Below are positions 21,620 through 36,600 of a DNA stretch of 64,000 nt, piece by piece (position 1 is the first letter of the stretch; the number at the start of each line of letters is the position of its first letter). Source of the stretch: Eimeria praecox (taxonomy: Eukaryota); assembly GCA_963920595.1 (NCBI GenBank), contig OY986949.1:3472001-3536000 (forward strand). Direction: 5' to 3'. Made by a program: the position numbers and the translations under genes. The notes under the pieces were generated by a model. It searched no databases. It saw only the letters and a program-made list of their open reading frames with translations, and was not told where the DNA came from.

Positions 21620-24600
21620 GCAGACGTTCCGTGCACTGACAAACGACACAAACCACGCCACGCCCCCCACTCCGTGGCACCTACAGATTCCGGTACACTA
21701 TAAACTGCAACAGCCACTCTTGCCCAACCAACCTGCTTACCCAAGACGCGTCTGCACACACGCTTAGCCAAACGCACTTCCTCAGTCGTCTGAACAGAGA
21801 CCCAACGCGCCAAGACGCATTTGCTGAATATGCTAAGACCGGCAAACACCTATCACCTATACAGCCACAACTCCACCAGCGCACTGCCAAACGCATGCAG
21901 CTGCCCACACCCTTCGTCGCTGCAAAAGAACAACAAACGCAAGCGATCCCCTCCTCCACATACGCATCTACGCCACTACGTCCAACGCATCAAAACCAGA
22001 CACTTCGTCGCCCGACAAATGACACAAAACGCTCCAAATAAGCCGCATCTAAACACACACAGATTCAAAGCCAGCCAGACATTTGTTTGCTTGACATATG
22101 ACACAGAAGCCACGAACAAAACCACACCCAAACACCAAAATATTCCAATACAGTCCAAACTGCAACAGGTGCTCTTGCCCAACCAACCTGCTTACCCAAG
22201 ACGCGTCTGCCCACACGCGTAGCCAAACGCACTTCCTCAGGCGTCTGAACAGAGACCCAACGCGCCAAGACGCATTTGCTGAATATGCCAAGACCGGCAA
22301 ACACCTATCACCTATACAGCCACAACTCCAACAACGCACTGCCAAACGCATGCAGCTGCCCACACCCTTCGCCGCTGCAAAAGAACAGCTAACGCGTGCG
22401 ATCCCCTCCCCCACATACGCATCTACGCCACTACACCCAACACATCAGAGCCAGACACTTCGTCGCCTGACAAATATCACAAAACGCTCCAAATAAACCA
22501 CATCTAAACACACACAGATTCAAAACCAGCCAGACATTTGTTTGCTTGACATATGACACAGAAGCGACGAACAAAACCACACCCAAACACCAAAATATTC
22601 CAATACAGTCCAAACTGCAACAGGTGCTCTTGCCCAACCAACCTGCTTACCCAAGACGCGTCTGCCCACACGCGTAGCCAAACGCACTTCCTCAGTCGTC
22701 TGAACAGAGACCCAACGCGCCAAGACGCATTTGCTGAATATGCCAAGACCGGCAAACACCTATCACCTATACAGCCACAACTCCAACAACGCACTGCAAA
22801 ACGCATGCAGATGCCCACACCCTTCGTCGCTGCAAAAGAACAGCTAACGCGTGCGATCCCCTCCCCCACATACGCATCTACGCCACTACGTCCAACACAT
22901 CAAAACCAGACACTTCGTCGCCTGACAAATGGCACAAAACGCTCCAAATAAACCACATCTAAACACGCATAGATTCAAAGCCAGCCAGACATTTGTTTGT
23001 TTGACACATGACACAGAAGCCACGAACAAAACTACACCCAAACACATATATATTCCAATACACTCCAGACTGCAACAGGTGCTCCTGCCCAACCAACCTG
23101 CTTACCCAAGACGCGTCTGCCCACATGCGTAGCCAAGCGCACTTCCTCAGTCGTCTGGACAGAGACCCAACGCGCCAAGACGCATTTGCTGAATATGCCA
23201 AGACCGGCAAACACCTATCACCTATACAGCCACAACTCCAACAACGCACTGCCAAACGCATGCAGCTGCCCACACCCTTCGTCGCTGCAAAAGAACAACT
23301 AACGCGTGCGATCCCCTCCTCCACATACGCATCTACGCCACTACGTCCAACGCATCAAAGCCAGACACTTCGTCGCCTGACAAATGACACAAAACGCTCC
23401 AAATAAACCCCATCTAAACACACACAGATTCAAAGCCAGCCAGGCATTTGTTTGCTTGACATATGACACAGAAACCACGAACAAAACCACACCCAAACAC
23501 CAAAATATTCCAATACACTCCAAACTGCAACAGGTGCTCCTGCCCAACCAACCTGCCTATCCAAGACGCGTCTGCCCATACGCGTAGCCAAACGCACTTC
23601 CTCAGCCGTCTGAACAGAGACCCAACGCGCCAAGACGCATTTGCTGAATATGCCAAGACCGGCAAACACCTATCACCTATACAGCCACAACTCCAACAAC
23701 GCACTGCAAAACGCATGCAGATGCCCACACACTTCGCCGCTGCAAAAGAACAACTAACGCGTGCGATCCCCTCCCCCACATACGCATCTACGCCACTACA
23801 CCCAACACATCAGAGCCAGACACTTCGTCGCCCGAAAAATATCACAAAATGCTCCAAGTAAACCACGTCTAAACACACACAGATTCAAAGCCAGCCAGAC
23901 ATTTGTTTGCTTGACATATGACACAGACGCCACGAACTAGACCGCACTCAAACACGTAGATAGTCCAATGCACTCCAAACTGCAACAGGTGCTCCTGCCC
24001 AACCAACCTGCTTACCCAAGACGCGTCTGCCCACACGCGTAGCCAAACGCACTTCCTCAGTCGTCTGAACAGAGACCCAACGCGCCAAGACGCATTTGCT
24101 GAATATGCCAAGACCGGCAAACACCTATCACCTATACAGCCACAACTCCAACAACGCACTGCAAAACGCATGCAGATGCCCACACACTTCGCCGCTGCAA
24201 AAGAACAACTAACGCGTGCGATCCCCTCCCCCACATACGCATCTACGCCACTACACCCAACACATCAGAGCCAGACACTTCGTCGCCCGAAAAATATCAC
24301 AAAATGCTCCAAGTAAACCACGTCTAAACACACACAGATTCAAAGCCAGCCAGACATTTGTTTGCTTGACATATGACACAGACGCCACGAACTAGACCGC
24401 ACTCAAACACGTAGATAGTCCAATGCACTCCAAACTGCAACAGGTGCTCCTGCCCAACCAACCTGCTTACCCAAGACGCGTCTGCCCACACGCGTAGCCA
24501 AACGCACTTCCTCAGTCGTCTGAACAGAGACCCAACGCGCCAAGACGCATTTGCTGAATATGCCAAGACCGGCAAACACCTATCACCTATACAGCCACAA

Positions 24601-27600
24601 CTCCAACAACGCACTGCAAAACGCATGCAGATGCCCACACACTTCGCCGCTGCAAAAGAACAACTAACGCGTGCGATGCCCTCCTCCACATACGCATCTA
24701 CGCCACTACGTCCAACACATCAAAGCCAGACACTTCGTCGCCTGACAAATGACACAAAACGCTCCAAATAAACCACATCTAAACACACACAGATTCAAAG
24801 CCAGCCAGACATTTGTTTGCTTGACAGATGACACAGAAGCCACGAACAAAACCACACCCAAACACCTAAATATTCCAATACAGTTAAAACTGCAACAGGT
24901 GCTCTTGCCCAACCAACCTGCTTACCCAAGACGCGTCTGCCCACACGCGTAGCCAAACGCACTTCCTCAGGCGTCTGAACAGAGACCCAACGCGCCAAGA
25001 CGCATTTGCTGAATATGCCAAGACCGGCAAACACCTATCACCTATACAGCCACAACTCCAACAACGCACTGCCAAGCGCATGCAGCTGCCCACACCCTTC
25101 ACCGCTGCAAAAGAACAGCTAACGCGTGCGATCCCCTCCCCCACATACGCATCTACGTCACTACGTCCAACACATCAGAGCCAGACACTTCGTCGCCCGA
25201 CAAATGACACAAAACGCTCCAAATAAACCCCATCTAAACACACACAGATTCAAAGCCAGCCAGACATTTGTTTGCTTGACATATGACACAGAAGCCACGA
25301 ACAAAACCACACCCAAACACCAAAATATTCCAATACAGTTAAAACTGCAACAGGTGCTCTTGCCCAACCAACCTGCTTACCCAAGGCGCGTCTATCCACA
25401 CGCGTAGCCAAACGCACTTCCTCAGTCGTCTGAACAGAGACCCAACGCGCCAAGACGCATTTGATGAATATGCTAAGACCGGCAAACACCTATCACCTAT
25501 ACAGCCACAACTCCAACAACGCACTGCCAAACGCATGCAGCTGCCCACACCCTTCGTCGCTGCAAAAGAACAACTAACGCGTGCGATCCCCTCCTCCACA
25601 TACGCATCTACGCCACTACGTCCAACACATCAAAACCAGACACTTCGTCGCCTGACAAATGACACAAAACGCTCCAAATAAGCCGCATCTAAACACGCAT
25701 AGATTCAAAGCCAGCCAGACATTTGTTTGTTTGACATATGACACAGAAGCCACGAACAAAACCACACCCAAACACCTAAATATTCCAATACACTCCAAAC
25801 TGCAAGAGATGATCCTGCCCAACCAACCTGCTTACCCAAGACGCGTCTGCCCACACGCGTAGCCAAACGCACTTCCTCAGTCGTCTGAACAGAGACCCAA
25901 CGCGCCAAGACGCATTTGCTGAATATGCCAAGACCGGCAAACACCTATCACCTATACAGCCACAACTCCACCAACGCACTGCCAAACGCATGCAGATGCC
26001 CACACCCTTCGCCGCTGCAAAAGAACAGCTAACGCGTGCGATCCCCTCCCCCACATACGCATCTACGCCACTACACCCAACACATCAAAACCAGACACTT
26101 CGTCGCCTGACAAATGACACAAAACGCTCCAAATAAACCACATCTAAACACACACAGATTCAAAGCCAGCCAGACATTTGTTTGCTTGACATATGACACA
26201 GAAGCCACGAACAAAACCAGACCTAAACACCTAAATATTCCAATACAGTTAAAACTGCAACAGGTGCTCTTGCCCAACCAACCTGCTTACCCAAGACGCG
26301 TCTGCACACACGCTTAGCCAAACGCACTTCCTCAGCCGTCTGGACAGAGACTCAACGCGCCAAGACGCATTTGCTGAATATGCTAAGACCGGCAAACACC
26401 TATCACCTATACAGCCACAACTCCAACAACGCACTGCCAAACGCATGCAGCTGCCCACACCCTTCGCCGCTGCAAAAGAACAGCTAACGCGTGCGATCCC
26501 CTCCCCCACATACGCATCTACGCCACTACGTCCAACGCATCAAAACCAGACACTTCGTCGCCTGACAAATGACACAAAAAGCTCCAAATAAACCACATCT
26601 AAACACACACAGATTCAAAGCCAGCCAGACATTTGTTTGCTTGACAGATGACACAGAAGCCACGAACAAAACCACACCCAAACACCTAAATATTCCAATA
26701 CAGTCCAAACTGCAACAGGTGCTCCTGCCCAACCAACCTGCCTATCCAAGACGCGTCTGCCCACACGCGTAGCCAAACGCACTTCCTCAGCCGTCTGAAC
26801 AGAGACCCAACGCGCCAAGAAGCATTTGCTGAATATGCCAAGACCGGCAAACACCTATCACCTATACAGCCACAACTCCAACAACGCACTGCAAAACGCA
26901 TGCAGATGCCCACACACTTCGCCGCTGCAAAAGAACAACTAACGCGTGCGATGCCCTCCTCCACATACGCATCTACGCCACTACGTCCAACACATCAAAG
27001 CCAGACACTTCGTCGCCTGACAAATGACACAAAACGCTCCAAATAAACCACATCTAAACACACACAGATTCAAAGCCAGCCAGACATTTGTTTGCTTGAC
27101 AGATGACACAGAAGCCACGAACAAAACCACACCCAAACACCTAAATATTCCAATACAGTTAAAACTGCAACAGGTGCTCTTGCCCAACCAACCTGCTTAC
27201 CCAAGACGCGTCTGCCCACACGCGTAGCCAAACGCACTTCCTCAGGCGTCTGAACAGAGACCCAACGCGCCAAGACGCATTTGCTGAATATGCCAAGACC
27301 GGCAAACACCTATCACCTATACAGCCACAACTCCAACAACGCACTGCCAAGCGCATGCAGCTGCCCACACCCTTCACCGCTGCAAAAGAACAGCTAACGC
27401 GTGCGATCCCCTCCCCCACATACGCATCTACGTCACTACGTCCAACACATCAGAGCCAGACACTTCGTCGCCCGACAAATGACACAAAACGCTCCAAATA
27501 AACCCCATCTAAACACACACAGATTCAAAGCCAGCCAGACATTTGTTTGCTTGACATATGACACAGAAGCCACGAACAAAACCACACCCAAACACCTAAA

Positions 27601-30600
27601 TATTCCAATACAGTTAAAACTGCAACAGGTGCTCTTGCCCAACCAACCTGCTTACCCAAGGCGCGTCTATCCACACGCGTAGCCAAACGCACTTCCTCAG
27701 TCGTCTGAACAGAGACCCAACGCGCCAAGACGCATTTGATGAATATGCTAAGACCGGCAAACACCTATCACCTATACAGCCACAACTCCAACAACGCACT
27801 GCCAAACGCATGCAGCTGCCCACACCCTTCGTCGCTGCAAAAGAACAACTAACGCGTGCGATCCCCTCCTCCACATACGCATCTACGCCACTACGTCCAA
27901 CACATCAAAACCAGACACTTCGTCGCCTGACAAATGACACAAAACGCTCCAAATAAGCCGCATCTAAACACGCATAGATTCAAAGCCAGCCAGACATTTG
28001 TTTGTTTGACATATGACACAGAAGCCACGAACAAAACCACACCCAAACACCTAAATATTCCAATACACTCCAAACTGCAACAGATGATCCTGCCCAACCA
28101 ACCTGCTTACCCAAGACGCGTCTGCCCACACGCGTAGCCAAACGCACTTCCTCAGTCGTCTGAACAGAGACCCAACGCGCCAAGAAGCATTTGCTGAATA
28201 TGCCAAGACCGGCAAACACCTATCACCTATACAGCCACAACTCCACCAACGCACTGCCAAACGCATGCAGATGCCCACACCCTTCGCCGCTGCAAAAGAA
28301 CAGCTAACGCGTGCGATCCCCTCCCCCACATACGCATCTACGCCACTACACCCAACACATCAAAACCAGACACTTCGTCGCCTGACAAATGACACAAAAC
28401 GCTCCAAATAAACCACATCTAAACACACACAGATTCAAAGCCAGCCAGACATTTGTTTGCTTGACATATGACACAGAAGCCACGAACAAAACCAGACCTA
28501 AACACCTAAATATTCCAATACAGTTAAAACTGCAACAGGTGCTCTTGCCCAACCAACCTGCTTACCCAAGACGCGTCTGGACACACGCTTAGCCAAACGC
28601 ACTTCCTCAGCCGTCTGGACAGAGACCCAACGCGCCAAGACGCATTTGCTGAATATGCTAAGACCGGCAAACACCTATCACCTATACAGCCACAACTCCA
28701 ACAACGCACTGCCAAACGCATGCAGCTGCCCACACCCTTCGCCGCTGCAAAAGAACAGCTAACGCGTGCGATCCCCTCCCCCACATACGCATCTACGCCA
28801 CTACGCCCAACGCATCAAAACCAGACACTTCGTCGCCTGACAAATGACACAAAAAGCTCCAAATAAACCACATCTAAACACACACAGATTCAAAGCCAGC
28901 CAGACATTTGTTTGCTTGACAGATGACACAGAAGCCACGAACAAAACCACACCCAAACACCTAAATATTCCAATACAGTCCAAACTGCAACAGGTGCTCC
29001 TGCCCAACCAACCTGCCTATCCAAGACGCGTCTGCCCACACGCGTAGCCAAACGCACTTCCTCAGGCGTCTGAACAGAGACCCAACGCGCCAAGACGCAT
29101 TTGCTGAATATGCCAAGACCGGCAAACACCTATCACCTATACAGCCACAACTCCAACAACGCACTGCCAAACGCATGCAGCTGCCCACACCCTTCGCCGC
29201 TGCAAAAGAACAACTAACGCGTGCGATCCCCTCCCCCACATACGCATCTACGCCACTACACCCAACACATCAAAACCAGACACTTCGTCGCCCGACAAAT
29301 GACACAAAACGCTCCAAATAAACCACATCTAAACACACACAGATTCAAAGCCAGCCAGACATTTGTTTGCTTGGCATATGACACAGAAGCCACGAACAAA
29401 ACCACACCCAAACACCAAAATATTCCAATACAGTTAAAACTGCAACAGGTGCTCTTGCCCAACCAACCTGCTTACCCAAGACGCGTCTGCCCACACGCGT
29501 AGCCAAACGCACTTCCTCAGTCGTCTGAACAGAGACCCAACGCGCCAAGACGCATTTGCTGAATATGCCAAGACCGGCAAACACCTATCACCTATACAGC
29601 CACAACTCCACCAACGCACTGCCAAACGCATGCAGCTGCCCACACCCTTCGCCGCTGCAAAAGAACAGCTAACGCGTGCGATCCCCTCCCCCACATACGC
29701 ATCTACGCCACTACACCCAACACATCAAAACCAGACACTTCGTCGCCTGACAAATGACACAAAACGCTCCAAATAAACCACATCTAAACACACACAGATT
29801 CAAAGCCAGCCAGACATTTGTTTGCTTGACATATGACACAGAAGCCACGAACAAAACCAGACCTAAACACCTAAATATTCCAATACAGTTAAAACTGCAA
29901 CAGGTGCTCTTGCCCAACCAACCTGCTTACCCAAGACGCGTCTGCCCGCACGCGTAGCCAAACGCACTTCCTCAGTCGTCTGGACAGAGACCCAACGCGC
30001 CAAGACGCATTTGCTGAATATGCTAAGACCGGCAAACACCTATCACCTATACAGCCACAACTCCAACAACGCACTGCCAAACGCATGCAGCTGCCCACAC
30101 CCTTCGTCGCTGCAAAAGAACAACTAACGCGTGCGATCCCCTCCTCCACATACGCATCTACGCCACTACGTCCAACGCATCAAAGCCAGACACTTCGTCG
30201 CCTGACAAATGACACAAAAAGCTCCAAATAAACCACATCTGAACACACACAGATTCAAAGCCAGCCAGACATTTGTTTGCTTGACATATGACACAGAAAC
30301 CACGAACAAAACCACACCCAAACACATATATATTCCAATACACTCCAGACTGCAACAGGTGCTCCTGCCCAACCAACCTGCTTACCCAAGACGCGTCTGC
30401 CCACACGCGTAGCCAAACGCACTTCCTCAGTCGTCTGAACAGAGACCCAACGCGCCAAGACGCATTTGCTGAATATGCCAAGACCGGCAAACATCTATCA
30501 CCTATACAGCCACAACTCCAACAACGCACTGGAAAACGCATGCAGATGCCCACACCCTTCGCCGCTGCAAAAGAACAACTAACGCGTGCGATCCCCTCCC

Positions 30601-33600
30601 CCACATACTCATCTACGCCACTACGTCCAACACATCAGAGCCAGACACTTCGTCGCCTGACAAATGACACAAAACGCTCCAAATAAACCCCATCTAAACA
30701 CACACAGATTCAAAGCCAGCCAGACATTTGTTTGTTTGACATATGACACAGAAGCCACGAACAATACCACACCCAAACACCGAAATATTCCAATACAGTT
30801 AAAACTGCAACAGGTGCTCTTGCCCAACCAACCTGCTTACCCAAGACGCGTCTGCCCGCACGCGTAGCCAAACGCACTTCCTCAGTCGTCTGAACAGAGA
30901 CCCAACGCGCCAAGACGCATTTGCTGAATATGCCAAGACCGGCAAACACCTATCACCTATACAGCCACAACTCCAACAACGCACTGCAAAACGCATGCAG
31001 ATGCCCACACACTTCGCCGCTGCAAAAGAACAACTAACGCGTGCGATCCCCTCCCCCACATACGCATCTACGCCACTACACCCAACACATCAGAGCCAGA
31101 CACTTCGTCGCCCGAAAAATATCACAAAATGCTCCAAGTAAACCACGTCTAAACACACACAGATTCAAAGCCAGCCAGACATTTGTTTGCTTGACATATG
31201 ACACAGACGCCACGAACTAGACCACACTCAAACACGTAGATAGTCCAATGCACTCCAAACTGCAACAGGTGCTCCTGCCCAACCAACCTGCTTACCCAAG
31301 ACGCGTCTGCCCACACGCGTAGCCAAACGCACTTCCTCAGGCGTCTGAACAGAGACCCAACGCGCCAAGACGCATTTGCTGAATATGCCAAGACCGGCAA
31401 ACACCTATCACCTATACAGCCACAACTCCACCAACGCACTGCCAAACGCATGCAGATGCCCACACCCTTCGCCGCTGCAAAAGAACAACTAACGCGTGCG
31501 ATCCCCTCCCCCACATACTCATCTACGCCACTACGTCCAACACATCAAAACCAGACACTTCGTCTCCTGACAAATGGCACAAAACGCTCCAAATAAACCA
31601 CATCTAAACACGCATAGATTCAAAGCCAGCCAGACATTTGTTTGTTTGACACATGACACAGAAGCCACGAACAAAACTACACCCGAACACATATATATTC
31701 CAATACACTCCAGACTGCAACAGGTGCTCCTGCCCAACCAACCTGCTTACCCAAGACGCGTCTGCCCGCACGCGTAGCCAAACGCACTTCCTCAGGCGTC
31801 TGAACAGAGACCCAACGCGCCAAGACGCATTTGCTGAATATGCCAAGACCGGCAAACACCTATCACCTATACAGCCACAACTCCAACAACGCACTGCAAA
31901 ACGCATGCAGATGCCCACACCCTTCGCCGCTGCAAAAGAACAACAAACGCGTGCGATCCCCTCCCCCACATACTCATCTACGCCACTACGTCCAACACAT
32001 CAGAGCCAGACACTTCGTCGCCTGACAAATGACACAAAACGCTCCAAATAAACCCCATCTAAACACACACAGATTCAAAGCCAGCCAGACATTTGTTTGT
32101 TTGACATATGACACAGAAGCCACGAACAATACCACACCCAAACACCGAAATATTCCAATACAGTTAAAACTGCAACAGGTGCTCTTGCCCAACCAACCTG
32201 CTTACCCAAGACGCGTCTGCCCACACGCGTAGCCAAACGCACTTCCTCAGTCGTCTGAACAGAGACCCAACGCGCCAAGACGCATTTGCTGAATATGCCA
32301 AGACCGGCAAACACCTATCACCTATACAGCCACAACTCCAACAACGCACTGCCAAACGCATGCAGATGCCCACACCCTTCGCCGCTGCAAAAGAACAACT
32401 AACGCGTGCGATCCCCTCCCCCACATACGCATCTACGCCACTACACCCAACACATCAGAGCCAGACACTTCGTCGCCCGAAAAATATCACAAAATGCTCC
32501 AAGTAAAACACATCTAAACACACACAGATTCAAAGCCAGCCAGACATTTGTTTGTTTGACACATGACACAGAAGCCACGAACAAAACTACACCCAAACAC
32601 ATATATATTCCAATACACTCCAGACTGCAACAGGTGCTCCTGCCCAACCAACCTGCTTACCCAAGACGCGTCTGCCCGCACGCGTAGCCAAACGCACTTC
32701 CTCAGGCGTCTGAACAGAGACCCAACGCGCCAAGACGCATTTGCTGAATATGCCAAGACCGGCAAACACCTATCACCTATACAGCCCCAACTCCACCAAC
32801 GCACTGCAAAACGCATGCAGATGCCCACACCCTTCGCCGCTGCAAAAGAACAACTAACGCGTGCGATCCCCTCCCCCACATACTCATCTACGCCACTACA
32901 CCCAACACATCAGAGCCAGACACTTCGTCGCCCGACAAATGACACAAAACGCTCCAAATAAACCACATCTAAACACACACAGATTCAAAGCCAGCCAGAC
33001 ATTTGTTTGTTTGACATATGACACAGACGCCACGAACAAAACCACACCCAAACACCGAAATATTCCAATACAGTTAAAACTGCAACAGGTGCTCTTGCCC
33101 AACCAACCTGCTTACCCAAGACGCGTCTGCCCGCACGCGTAGCCAAACGCACTTCCTCAGTCGTCTGAACAGAGACCCAACGCGCCAAGACGCATTTGCT
33201 GAATATGCCAAGACCGGCAAACACCTATCACCTATACAGCCACAACTCCAACAACGCACTGCCAAACGCATGCAGCTGCCCACACCCTTCGCCGCTGCAA
33301 AAGAACAGCTAACGCGTGCGATCCCCTCCCCCACATACGCATCTACGCCACTACGTCCAACGCATCAAAACCAGACACTTCGTCGCCTGACAAATGACAC
33401 AAAAAGCTCCAAATAAACCACATCTAAACACACACAGATTCAAAGCCAGCCAGACATTTGTTTGTTTGACATATGACACAGAAGCCACGAACAATACCAC
33501 ACCCAAACACCGAAATATTCCAATACAGTTAAAACTGCAACAGGTGCTCTTGCCCAACCAACCTGCTTACCCAAGACGCGTCTGCCCGCACGCGTAGCCA

Positions 33601-36600
33601 AACGCACTTCCTCAGTCGTCTGAACAGAGACCCAACGCGCCAAGACGCATTTGCTGAATATGCCAAGACCGGCAAACACCTATCACCTATACAGCCACAA
33701 CTCCAACAACGCACTGCAAAACGCATGCAGATGCCCACACACTTCGCCGCTGCAAAAAAACAACTAACGCGTGCGATACCCTCCCCCACATACGCATCTA
33801 CGCCACTACACCCAACACATCAGAGCCAGACACTTCGTCGCCCGAAAAATATCACAAAATGCTCCAAGTAAACCACATCTAAACACACACAGATTCAAAG
33901 CCAGCCAGACATTTGTTTGCTTGACATATGACACAGACGCCACGAACTAGACCGCACTCGAACACCTAGATAGTCCAATGCACTCCAAACTGCAACAGGT
34001 GCTCCTGCCCAACCAACCTGCTTAGCCAAGACGCGTCTGCCCACACGCGTAGCCAAACGCACTTCCTCAGTCGTCTGAACAGAGACCCAACGCGCCAAGA
34101 CGCATTTGCTGAATATGCCAAGACCGGCAAACACCTATCACCTATACAGCCACAACTCCAACAACGCACTGCCAAACGCATGCAGATGCCCACACCCTTC
34201 GCCGCTGCAAAAGAACAACTAACGCGTGCGATCCCCTCCCCCACATACTCATCTACGCCACTACGTCCAACACATCAGAGCCAGACACTTCGTCGCCCGA
34301 CAAATGACACAAAACGCTCCAAATAAACCACATCTAAACACACACAGATTCAAAGCCAGCCAGACATTTGTTTGTTTGACATATGACACAGAAGCCACGA
34401 ACAAAACCACACCCAAACACCGAAATGTTCCAATACAGTTAAAACTGCAACAGGTGCTCTTGCCCAACCAACCTGCTTAGCCAAGACGCGTCTGCCCGCA
34501 CGCGTAGCCAAACGCACTTCCTCAGTCGTCTGAACAGAGACCCAACGCGCCAAGACGCATTTGCTGAATATGCCAAGACCGGCAAACACCTATCACCTAT
34601 ACAGCCACAACTCCAACAACGCACTGCAAAACGCATGCAGATGCCCACACCCTTCGCCGCTGCAAAAGAACAACAAACGCGTGCGATCCCCTCCCCCACA
34701 TACTCATCTACGCCACTACACCCAACACATCAGAGCCAGACACTTCGTCGCCTGACAAATGACACAAAACGCTCCAAATAAACCCCATCTAAACACACAC
34801 AGATTCAAAGCCAGCCAGACATTTGTTTGTTTGACATATGACACAGAAGCCACGAACAATACCACACCCAAACACCGAAATATTCCAATACAGTTAAAAC
34901 TGCAACAGGTGCTCTTGCCCAACCAACCTGCTTACCCAAGACGCGTCTGCCCGCACGCGTAGCCAAACGCACTTCCTCAGTCGTCTGAACAGAGACCCAA
35001 CGCGCCAAGACGCATTTGCTGAATATGCCAAGACCGGCAAACACCTATCACCTATACAGCCACAACTCCAACAACGCACTGCAAAACGCATGCAGATGCC
35101 CACACACTTCGCCGCTGCAAAAGAACAACTAACGCGTGCGATACCCTCCCCCACATACGCATCTACGCCACTACACCCAACACATCAGAGCCAGACACTT
35201 CGTCGCCCGAAAAATATCACAAAATGCTCCAAGTAAAACACATCTAAACACACACAGATTCAAAGCCAGCCAGACATTTGTTTGCTTGACATATGACACA
35301 GACGCCACGAACTAGACCACACTCAAACACCTAGATAGTCCAATGCACTCCAAACTGCAACAGGTGCTCCTGCCCAACCAACCTGCTTACCCAAGACGCG
35401 TCTGCCCACACGCGTAGCCAAACGCACTTCCTCAGGCGTCTGAACAGAGACCCAACGCGCCAAGACGCATTTGCTGAATATGCCAAGACCGGCAAACACC
35501 TATCACCTATACAGCCACAACTCCAACAACGCACTGCAAAACGCATGCAGATGCCCACACCCTTCGCCGCTGCAAAAGAACAACTAACGCGTGCGATCCC
35601 CTCCCCCACATACTCATCTACGCCACTACGTCCAACACATCAGAGCCAGACACTTCTTCGCCTGACAAATGACACAAAACGCTCCAAATAAACCCCATCT
35701 AAACACACACAGATTCAAAGCCAGCCAGACATTTGTTTGTTTGACATATGACACAGAAGCCACGAACTAGACCACACCCAAACACCGAAATATTCCAATA
35801 CAGTTAAAACTGCAACAGGTGCTCTTGCCCAACCAACCTGCTTACCCAAGACGCGTCTGCCCGCACGCGTAGCCAAACGCACTTCCTCAGTCGTCTGAAC
35901 AGAGACCCAACGCGCCAAGACGCATTTGCTGAATATGCCAAGACCGGCAAACACCTATCACCTATACAGCCACAACTCCAACAACGCACTGCAAAACGCA
36001 TGCAGATGCCCACACCCTTCGCCGCTGCAAAAGAACAACTAACGCGTGCGATCCCCTCCCCCACATACTCATCTACGCCACTACGTCCAACACATCAGAG
36101 CCAGACACTTCGTCGCCTGACAAATGACACAAAACGCTCCAAATAAACCCCATCTAAACACACACAGATTCAAAGCCAGCCAGACATTTGTTTGTTTGAC
36201 ATATGACACAGAAGCCACGAACAATACCACACCCAAACACCGAAATATTCCAATACAGTTAAAACTGCAACAGGTGCTCTTGCCCAACCAACCTGCTTAC
36301 CCAAGACGCGTCTGCCCGCACGCGTAGCCAAACGCACTTCCTCAGTCGTCTGAACAGAGACCCAACGCGCCAAGACGCATTTGCTGAATATGCCAAGACC
36401 GGCAAACACCTATCACCTATACAGCCACAACTCCAACAACGCACTGCAAAACGCATGCAGATGCCCACACACTTCGCCGCTGCAAAAAAACAACTAACGC
36501 GTGCGATCCCCTCCCCCACATACGCATCTACGCCACTACGTCCAACACATCAAAACCAGACACTTCGTCGCCCGACAAATGACACAAAACGCTCCAAATA

